A program made the position numbers and the translations under genes. The notes beneath the pieces are model-generated. The model did not search any database. It worked only from the letters and a program-made list of their open reading frames with translations, and was not told the origin of the DNA. Below, in pieces: positions 36,810 to 44,180 of a stretch of DNA of 57,330 nucleotides. The stretch's first letter is position 1, and each line of letters begins with the position of its first letter. This DNA comes from an uncultured Planctomycetia bacterium (GTDB lineage Bacteria; Omnitrophota; Gorgyraeia; 2-01-FULL-45-10), in NCBI GenBank assembly GCA_964534705.1, contig CAZHPY010000001.1:1-57330 (forward strand), read 5' to 3'.

Positions 36810-38177
36810 TTAATCAGTATGTTTCATAACATCTATACTTAAACCCATCTTATCCCTGCGGTCATCATATCTAATATCATCTGAAACGATAGCATCCTTA
36901 AAATATAGCTTTGCCAGAATCTCTTTTCTTTCTACGCCGAAATCGGTTAAAGTGAATTTTTGATGTGATGCTTTGTATTTTATAAGAAATTCTGCAACAT
37001 CATTGGAAACGGTTGTAGTATTGGCCCAACGTATGTTAACAAGATAGAACCCTTGCTCTTTTCTGAACCGCAGCCTTTCAGGAACGTAAAATCTCTTTCC
37101 CGTCTCTAACTCCTTATAAAAATTTGGGTCGTGTACAAGCTTATAAGGCCTGATGAAACTATTTTTCTCCTGCATCAGCTGGTCGGCCTCATTCAAATAC
37201 CCGTGGTAAGCGCGTGCGGACATCCGGCAACCGGTCTGGCATATGTCAACGTAATCGCAGCCTTCACAGCCTTTATATCTATAGCTTTCGTCATGCCACT
37301 TGATCATATTCTCGTATGTCTTGAAGATTCCTATCTTGAATACGTTGCCATAGCTCTCGGCTTCATGGACACAAGCATGGGCTTCACCATTTGCATTGAT
37401 ACCTATAACGTGTCCGGACTGCGCAGGACATCCTCTCCCAACAAAATCGCTGTATCTTTCCAGATCGCCCAACAGACAAAGAGGATAACTGACAAGCGTC
37501 CCTATCATCATACCTGTATCATTCTTTATCTTGACCAGCTGGTCAAGAACATAGATGGCGTCTTCCTTTAGCATCTCAAATTCTGTTTTAAAAGCATTGG
37601 TTATATTTACAGACGGGACTGTACGAGTCCCGAATATCTTCTGGCATCCCAGGTCATGGCATAGCTTACCGGTGCCGTAAACCTGGTCCCTGTTCATTTT
37701 TGAGACTATCATATTAACGCTTATCCTGAACCTGTTCCGGACCGCAAGTTGGATGGCATTTATTATTCTTTCAAAAGCCCCATCCTGTCTGACGAGATAA
37801 TCGTTCGTTTTCGGATCAAAAGAATTAAGGCTTGTAAGAAAATGGTCTAACCCCGCATCGGACAATCTTTTAATCCTGTCTTCAGTCGCAAGCATCAGGT
37901 TAGAGTTACAGCTCACCGATATATTATTTTTCGTCAACTTTTTTATGGCGTATTCCAGCAGATCGAATCTGGACATTGGCTCACCGCCGCTTAAAACCAC
38001 ATGAAAGATACCGGCCTCAACAAACATCTCAACGAGCCTGTCGACCATCTCGTTTGTCATCGAAAGTGTCTTAGACCCTTCTTCCCGCCAAAAATTGTAA
38101 CAATGCCTGCATTTAAGGTTACAAGCATCGGTTATCTCAAGATTTATAGCTGAAGGAGCTTTAAATATATATTTCAT
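36810..38177 (-). CDS. Radical SAM / SPASM-domain enzyme with a roughly 110-aa C-terminal extension
   Basis: 455-aa ORF with LEITDACNLKCRHCYN at the N-terminus. The SPASM-type Cys pattern is CPAQSG...ACVHE...CEGCDYVDICQTGC. A non-Cys tail follows, encoded at about 36810-37145. Confidence 0.85.
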   Translation of the reverse strand: MKYIFKAPSAINLEITDACNLKCRHCYNFWREEGSKTLSMTNEMVDRLVEMFVEAGIFHVVLSGGEPMSRFDLLEYAIKKLTKNNISVSCNSNLMLATEDRIKRLSDAGLDHFLTSLNSFDPKTNDYLVRQDGAFERIINAIQLAVRNRFRISVNMIVSKMNRDQVYGTGKLCHDLGCQKIFGTRTVPSVNITNAFKTEFEMLKEDAIYVLDQLVKIKNDTGMMIGTLVSYPLCLLGDLERYSDFVGRGCPAQSGHVIGINANGEAHACVHEAESYGNVFKIGIFKTYENMIKWHDESYRYKGCEGCDYVDICQTGCRMSARAYHGYLNEADQLMQEKNSFIRPYKLVHDPNFYKELETGKRFYVPERLRFRKEQGFYLVNIRWANTTTVSNDVAEFLIKYKASHQKFTLTDFGVERKEILAKLYFKDAIVSDDIRYDDRRDKMGLSIDVMKHTD

Positions 38178-38203
38178 TTTTAGGTCCTATGTCCGCATAG
38201 CGG

Positions 38204-40321
38204 CTATGTGATCATAAAACGCACTAGTTCCAGGTATTTTTCTGCAATCGCAGAAATCGAAGGCACGCGAACCAGGTTTTTGAACAATTCATAATTACAT
38301 ACGAGGCAGTCTAGTCTTGATAGAAGCTCTTCCTTGTCCGAAAAAGGTATCCCCCCATAACCAACATTTTCCTTATGGCCTCCGCTATCCAGATACAGGG
38401 CCGGAAGGCCGCATGCCAGCGCTTCTATAAGAGCATTTGAACAGGGGTCATTCTGGCTGGCTGTTATATAGATATCGTGTTCCCTCAGAATCTTTCCCAG
38501 ATGACGTGAGTGGACAGGTTTTATATGTTTGATCTTTGAAAATTTTTCCGAGGAATTACCGACAAAAGTGTATTCAAAGCGTCCCCAATCCAGGTTATCC
38601 TCTATCCACTTATACACAGGCCCGCCCTTTCGAGTGTTATGCGACCAGCTCGTAGAAATAAGCCGTATTTTTCTATCGGTAGAGAATTTAATTCTGCCGT
38701 TAGAGTGAAAATATTCGGGATCAACCGAATTACCTATAACTACCGGCTCAACAGGCCTGTATCCCATTTCAATCAGGTTTTTCATGGTCCACACTGATTG
38801 CAGGACTGTAGCAGACGCAAATCTTGCGTTAAGGTCAAATATTTTGTCGTCCATCTCCCTATCTGTGCCTCGATAAAGAGCGACCGGCCCATCAATACGA
38901 TGTATCATCTTTATCGGGAATCTGCGTGAATACTCATAAAATTTTTTCACGTCGAACCATGCTGAATTACATATATACACATCTATATCCCGGCCTAAAC
39001 GGTTATCGACTACATTTATCCCTTTACTTTCAAAAGCCTTGCGAAGAGCAAGCATAAATTGGTTCCCGCCACCGTACGGAGGCCTGTGATATTCATGCCA
39101 AAATCCAACCCGCACTTTGCGACCGAAAAAATAAGACTTTTTAACAGCCGTTGGCATACGGCGCAATATCTTGTTTACCAGGCTATCTTTGCGTAACAAT
39201 GCCTTATCTAACATGGAGCATGAGACTGATTTTTTTGGTTGATATATCGGGACCTTGGAAATATCCTTATAGATCTGGAGAAACCGCAAGACATTAGCCT
39301 CAGGAGTAAAGTTTTTCAATAAACGCTCGTAATGAATACCTACTGTGTTTTTAAGGAATGGGGCACGGATCTCTCTCTCAATCGATGCAACCGCCTGTTC
39401 TACATTATCAAATATGCATTCCGGCTCAAGTATATCCGGCGAAAGCCCCACTCTTGAAGATATTACTTTGCAATGCGTTGCCACCGCTTCAAGCGTTGAA
39501 AACGGTCCGCCCTCCCATCGGCTAGTGACAGCATATAGATCCAGCATATGAAATGCCTCATTAAGCATTCCATGGTCTACGGTATTGATATGTATATCGT
39601 CCCGCTTCGTGGTGGTGCCCAGAAAAGTATAAGGTATGCCGCGCATATCCAATTCTCCCCTTAACCAATGACGGCGCGGACCTATTAACAAAATATGAAT
39701 AGGCAACCCTTTTTTATGTAGAATTTCTGCTATGCTAAGGAATAGATCCGGACCTTTTTGCAACTTTGGCAATAGCGCCCCCCCTGAAAAACTAGCACCT
39801 TCAGTATCGCGCATGAAATTACCGATGATAAATTTCCCTTTGGGCAGGTTATATTTGGATTTCATTGAATCTATCACCTCTTCTGCTATGGGACGCGGAG
39901 TAAAAGTGGTCGGCAGGATAGTATTGGGCATATATTGAGCATGCTTACCGATCTTGTTTAACCAATAAAAGCTGAGCTGGTTTGGAGCCAACCATAAACC
40001 CACCCTTTCAAAAGCCTTGAGCATGCCGGGAGATTTCAAAAGCTGAAATACATCATTGTCCAGATTACATATAATGCGCTTGCCTGTAATTTTTTGGCTT
40101 TGTAAATCAGCCAAATAGTCAGTAGAAACTGAATGGATCACATCGGAATCTTCCAGTCCGGTAAATCTCATTAAGCCCTGGAAATTTTGCAATGAATGCT
40201 TAGTCTGGTTCAGCAGGTCATCTAATGCCCATCCGAAACCATCCCCTCCACAAAGAAAGACTCGGCTTGGCAGGGTTAGACCAGTATCTGAATTGGCTGT
40301 AATAATATCTGCTTTATCCAT
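38204..40321 (-). CDS. Fused two-module GT-B (GT4-like) glycosyltransferase
   Basis: 705-aa ORF with two separate GT-B C-terminal-lobe motifs: TSRWEGGPFSTLEAVATHCKVISSRVG (N-terminal half) and ASQNDPCSNALIEALACGLPALYLDSGG (C-terminal half). Confidence 0.75.
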   Translation of the reverse strand: MDKADIITANSDTGLTLPSRVFLCGGDGFGWALDDLLNQTKHSLQNFQGLMRFTGLEDSDVIHSVSTDYLADLQSQKITGKRIICNLDNDVFQLLKSPGMLKAFERVGLWLAPNQLSFYWLNKIGKHAQYMPNTILPTTFTPRPIAEEVIDSMKSKYNLPKGKFIIGNFMRDTEGASFSGGALLPKLQKGPDLFLSIAEILHKKGLPIHILLIGPRRHWLRGELDMRGIPYTFLGTTTKRDDIHINTVDHGMLNEAFHMLDLYAVTSRWEGGPFSTLEAVATHCKVISSRVGLSPDILEPECIFDNVEQAVASIEREIRAPFLKNTVGIHYERLLKNFTPEANVLRFLQIYKDISKVPIYQPKKSVSCSMLDKALLRKDSLVNKILRRMPTAVKKSYFFGRKVRVGFWHEYHRPPYGGGNQFMLALRKAFESKGINVVDNRLGRDIDVYICNSAWFDVKKFYEYSRRFPIKMIHRIDGPVALYRGTDREMDDKIFDLNARFASATVLQSVWTMKNLIEMGYRPVEPVVIGNSVDPEYFHSNGRIKFSTDRKIRLISTSWSHNTRKGGPVYKWIEDNLDWGRFEYTFVGNSSEKFSKIKHIKPVHSRHLGKILREHDIYITASQNDPCSNALIEALACGLPALYLDSGGHKENVGYGGIPFSDKEELLSRLDCLVCNYELFKNLVRVPSISAIAEKYLELVRFMIT

Positions 40322-40327
40322 TTTTCA

Positions 40328-40969
40328 TTACCCTATTTTAGTAGCTCTGATCAAATAACCCGTGGTCAGCTCTTCTTTATACCTTGTCCAACGGTCAAAA
40401 AACAGTATAGTAGGCGCAATCGAAATAAAAATAACCCGGAATAACTTCATCCCAAAAGACAATTTCCGTGCATCATTATAATAGTTCAAAAGATCCAATA
40501 CCACGGCCACGATCCCGCCGCGAGGAGCGATCTCCTGCACTGTAAATCCAGCTTCTTTGAACTCTTTATGTATTTTGGCCGGCGTCCAACGATGAAAATC
40601 AGCTGGATCCGCGTGAACCGGGTATAGGAATGGCATGGAAGCAACGATATGCCCGGACGGTTTAAGCAAACGCACGCATTCCTTTAAAACGCAGCCAGGA
40701 TTTTCAACATGCTCGAGAACGTCGGTCATAACAATCCAATCATAAGAAGCATCTGCCACTGGCACGGATTCAGCACTGCAAAGAAAATCGGGTTGTGTAG
40801 CCGGATCTGAATTTACATATTCCCAGGAGTAGGTCCTGTCTAACGGCGGACAAAAAGAACCGCGCTTATTGTGCTTTTTCCCTCCAACGTCAAGAACACG
40901 CCCGGAAAAAGGAATTCGGCCCAAAAAATGGTCTAAGTAATACCTTGTCGCGCTGATAAAGCGAGCCAC
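40328..40969 (-). CDS. Class I SAM-dependent methyltransferase (Methyltransf_11-like)
   Basis: 213-aa ORF with VLDVGG, DWIVMTDVLEHVENP and LKPSGHIV. Confidence 0.8.
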   Translation of the reverse strand: MARFISATRYYLDHFLGRIPFSGRVLDVGGKKHNKRGSFCPPLDRTYSWEYVNSDPATQPDFLCSAESVPVADASYDWIVMTDVLEHVENPGCVLKECVRLLKPSGHIVASMPFLYPVHADPADFHRWTPAKIHKEFKEAGFTVQEIAPRGGIVAVVLDLLNYYNDARKLSFGMKLFRVIFISIAPTILFFDRWTRYKEELTTGYLIRATKIG

Positions 40970-41001
40970 CCCTTACCTCCTCGTGCTAAATAAAAAAATA
41001 A

Positions 41002-42807
41002 TCACACCTTTGTATATATGCCTATACCTGCCATGTCCCGGAATTCGGGACATTTATTAAGCAGGTCTTCGTAATTCCCTGAAGCGATTAACCGGCCATT
41101 TTTCAGGAAGAAGATCACATCGCATGCCCTTACGGTCGTAAGCCTGTGCGCAATGATTAATATAGTCTTTGAGCCTGACAAATTGGCCAGAGATTCCATA
41201 AAAGCCTTCTCTATTTCATTGTCGAGCGCCGCGGTCGCTTCGTCCATGACCAGAACCTGCGGATTATTATATAGGGCCCTGGCAATTCCCACCCTTTGTC
41301 TTTGCCCGCCGGACAAGCGGACACCTCTTTCACCTATCTCTGTATTTATCCCGTCGGAAAGCTCTAATATGAACTTATCCAGCTGAGCTAAGCGCAATGC
41401 AACCCACACCCTCGTCTCATCTATATCAGCCGGCTCTACCCCAAAAGCTACATTGTGCTTAATGGAATCATTGCAAAGATATATAGCCTGGGGAATATAC
41501 CCTATTTGATCCTGCCATCCTCTGAGGTTTCCATAAATATCGAAACCATCGACCAAAACACGCCCTTGCGAAGGCTTTAAAAGCCCTGTTATAATATCGA
41601 TCGCGGTCGTCTTCCCTGCGCCCGAAGAACCTACAAAACCTACCGTAGCGTTTTTCGGGATCGCAAGGCTCACGTGATCCAGTGCCAATCTGGAACAACC
41701 TTCATATGAGAACAAAATATTTTCCAACCTAATATCCTTTTGAATGGTTACGGCTCTATCTTCTTTATGCAGTTTTTTAATCCCATCCACCTGTTTAGAG
41801 GCAATCAGGTCATCATAAATTTCATCGAAATAAGCAGAACAAAGCCTTGCGCTGCCCCATCCGGAACTGATACGGTTCAGGCTGGGCATAAGCCTCACGG
41901 CTACGACCGCAAATAACGATATGGTAACAAATATCTTTTCAGGCGCGTTACCGGCCATAAAAGAAAAGATCACAACCGACATGACAAGCCCGACTATCAG
42001 GGCTTCGATCAACAGCCTCGGGGTCCTGCTCAATAACTCCCCCTTGGTCTCCTGCCATGAATACCGATTAGAATGGTATAGATAGCGATCCGCAAAGAAG
42101 TTCTCTTTTCCAAAAATCTTGACTTCCTTGATACTACCTAACCCCTGGTTAACCTGTTGGAGCGCAAACGCTCTGTGTTCAACGGCTACCTTACCCCACT
42201 TATTCAGCTTCTCTTTGCTGAAATAAAAGAAAATAAAAAATATCCCGCCTAAGAATAATGTGGTCGCCAGCGTGAGAATGGGGTTCGCCCACACCAATAA
42301 TAAGAAAAGACACGCTACCAGTACGATCTCGGTAAGAACATAGAAGAGCTGAAGTACTATATTATTCATTATAGACTCAACCAAGTCCAGATTACGCTGC
42401 ATACGCGAAAGATCGCCTTTCAGATGATAAGCGTAAGAACTTGTTAAATACGCGCGAAATAAACGGGATTTGAGATATATTTTTTTCTCAAAAACAAAAT
42501 TTGCCTGCCAGAAAAAAATGATCAACAGCATCATGCTCTTAATAATAAAAACGACTATGACCCCCGTAGCTATTATTATCATAAATTGATGATACGATTG
42601 AAAATTAAAGAAGTCATATACCCTGCGGACCATCTCATTTGTCTTCACAAGATCCGGCTTACCAAGTAAAGCGGTAAAAGGAACCAGCAGCCCGATCCCC
42701 AGTATCTCAAGCAGTGAATTAAATAGGATGGCTATCCCAAAAAGAATAAAATGAAAAGAATCTTTTTTTTCGAAAATATGAGTAAGCCGAACTAATAATC
42801 TAAACAT
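41002..42807 (-). CDS. Fused TMD-NBD ABC exporter (MsbA / PglK type); candidate lipid-linked glycan flippase
   Basis: 601-aa ORF with a six-helix N-terminal TMD, Walker A GSSGAGKTT, signature LSGGQRQRVGIARAL and Walker B VLVMDEATAALD. Confidence 0.9.
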   Translation of the reverse strand: MFRLLVRLTHIFEKKDSFHFILFGIAILFNSLLEILGIGLLVPFTALLGKPDLVKTNEMVRRVYDFFNFQSYHQFMIIIATGVIVVFIIKSMMLLIIFFWQANFVFEKKIYLKSRLFRAYLTSSYAYHLKGDLSRMQRNLDLVESIMNNIVLQLFYVLTEIVLVACLFLLLVWANPILTLATTLFLGGIFFIFFYFSKEKLNKWGKVAVEHRAFALQQVNQGLGSIKEVKIFGKENFFADRYLYHSNRYSWQETKGELLSRTPRLLIEALIVGLVMSVVIFSFMAGNAPEKIFVTISLFAVVAVRLMPSLNRISSGWGSARLCSAYFDEIYDDLIASKQVDGIKKLHKEDRAVTIQKDIRLENILFSYEGCSRLALDHVSLAIPKNATVGFVGSSGAGKTTAIDIITGLLKPSQGRVLVDGFDIYGNLRGWQDQIGYIPQAIYLCNDSIKHNVAFGVEPADIDETRVWVALRLAQLDKFILELSDGINTEIGERGVRLSGGQRQRVGIARALYNNPQVLVMDEATAALDNEIEKAFMESLANLSGSKTILIIAHRLTTVRACDVIFFLKNGRLIASGNYEDLLNKCPEFRDMAGIGIYTKV

Positions 42808-43786
42808 TTTGGACTTTCTGGGCGCTTTTTTCTACCTGCGCATTGATCCATTTGTAAGTAATCCTCAGGCCATCTTCAAGTTTCATGCTTGGCGACCAGC
42901 CTAGCTTCTCGCGAATGAGACTGTTATCTGAATTCCTACCCCTGACTCCGGTAGGCCCTTCCACATTTTTGATCTTTAAATTCTTGCCGGATATCCTGAT
43001 AATCATCTCTGCGAGATAGTTTATAGTAACCATCTCTTCCGAACCAATGTTAACAGGGCCTGAAAAATCAGAACGCATTAACCTCAAAACACCTTCTATA
43101 CATTCATCAATATATAAAAACGAGCGAGTCTGCTTACCATCTCCCCATATCTTTATTTCGCCACAATCTTCCGCTTTGGAGACCTTACGACAAATGGCGG
43201 CGGGGGCTTTTTCTCTGCCGTTATTCCAGGCGCCTTCCGGGCCGAAGATATTATGAAAACGAGCTATACAAACATTTAGTCTATAATTTCTACGATAAGC
43301 CAGATAAAGCCGTTCGCTGAATAATTTTTCCCATCCATATTCACTATCAGGCGCAGCAGGATAAGCCGAATCCTCTGAGCATTTCGGATCATTGGGGTCC
43401 TGCTGATTATATTCCGGGTACATACACGCGGAGGAAGAATAAAATATCTTCTTTACACCTGCGATCCTGCAGCGCTCTAACATATTAAGATTAATTGCTG
43501 CTGAATTATGCATAACATCTGCATCGTGTTCACCGGTGAATATGTAGCCTGCCCCGCCCATATCGGCCGCCAGCTGATACACCTCATCAAATGGCATATC
43601 GACCACGTCCTTAACAATTTGTTGATCGCGCAAATCACCTATTATGAAGTTGTCGGCGGTTGTTTTACCGAATTCAGGATATTTTAAATCCACTCCCTGT
43701 ACCCAGTCGCCATCCATCTTCAACCTTTTAACAAGATGGCTGCCTATAAACCCCCCTGCCCCCGCAACTAATATTTTCTTTCTCAT
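42800..43786 (-). CDS. gme: GDP-mannose 3,5-epimerase homologue (extended SDR)
   Basis: Contains GAGGFIGSH, LAADMGGAGYI, SSACMYPE, RFHNIFGPEGAWNNGREKAPAAICRK, WGDGKQTRSFLYIDECIEGVLRLMRSDF and GVRGRNSDNSLIREKLGW. From memory, these track plant/bacterial GME almost block for block. I set the start at MRKKILVAGAGG (43786), which forms ATGA with the regulator stop. The track ORF extends to 43816. Confidence 0.85.
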   Translation of the reverse strand: MRKKILVAGAGGFIGSHLVKRLKMDGDWVQGVDLKYPEFGKTTADNFIIGDLRDQQIVKDVVDMPFDEVYQLAADMGGAGYIFTGEHDADVMHNSAAINLNMLERCRIAGVKKIFYSSSACMYPEYNQQDPNDPKCSEDSAYPAAPDSEYGWEKLFSERLYLAYRRNYRLNVCIARFHNIFGPEGAWNNGREKAPAAICRKVSKAEDCGEIKIWGDGKQTRSFLYIDECIEGVLRLMRSDFSGPVNIGSEEMVTINYLAEMIIRISGKNLKIKNVEGPTGVRGRNSDNSLIREKLGWSPSMKLEDGLRITYKWINAQVEKSAQKVQNV

Positions 43787-44112
43787 CTCATTTGTATTCC
43801 TTTGGATTTTTCCCATTCCTCCTTCAAGATACTATACTCCTTCTCTTTCTTCATTAAAAAATACCGGGTAAGACGCATCTTCTCTTTAACCCCTTTAGGG
43901 GTAAGGAGATAGCTTGCCTTCTTCAATTTTCCAGGATTATTAGAAAAGGACTCTCCCTTAAGCCAACCCTTTGCAATGAGTTCTTTTAGAAGGTAATTAG
44001 TCTTTCCTAAGGATATACCTAGCTTCTTAGAAACGACACGTTGCGTGGCGGCAGGATTTGATTCCACCTCTTTTATTACAGACAGGGTTTCTTCTTGAGC
44101 TCGTTCAGTCAT
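43783..44112 (-). CDS. Small winged-helix MarR-family EPS-associated transcriptional regulator
   Basis: 109-aa ORF. The HTH-like segment ATQRVVSKKLGISLGKTNYLLKELIAKGWL and overall size match the EPS-locus MarR subgroup. Confidence 0.75.
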   Translation of the reverse strand: MTERAQEETLSVIKEVESNPAATQRVVSKKLGISLGKTNYLLKELIAKGWLKGESFSNNPGKLKKASYLLTPKGVKEKMRLTRYFLMKKEKEYSILKEEWEKSKGIQMR

Positions 44113-44180
44113 TGAACATATTCTATCAGACAGCAGAGAAAAGTCAATTAATTATATGATATTATTAGCATATAATATTA
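44113..44180 (-). promoter_or_regulatory. AT-rich gap with an inverted repeat and TATAAT-like boxes upstream of the regulator gene; candidate promoter/operator
   Basis: ATATTAT (44159-44165), 6 nt, ATAATAT (44172-44178) form a perfect 7-bp inverted repeat. The minus strand also shows TATAAT and TAGAAT hexamers before the ATG at 44112. Confidence 0.3.

Noticed and set aside
34804-38177. RiPP (ribosomal peptide) biosynthetic cluster centred on the SPASM radical SAM enzymes
   Set aside because: - Flanking gaps of 24-29 nt leave no room for a precursor ORF.
- There is no protease or dedicated peptide exporter, and all neighbours are sugar enzymes.
- I kept this only as an alternative to be excluded by searching homologous loci.
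41002-42807. Wzm/Wzt-type ABC-transporter-dependent O-antigen export or a kps-type capsule export system
   Set aside because: - The only ABC protein is a fused TMD-NBD exporter of MsbA/PglK architecture.
- There is no separate ABC-2 permease, no Wzt carbohydrate-binding extension and no KpsE/KpsD-like genes in the window.
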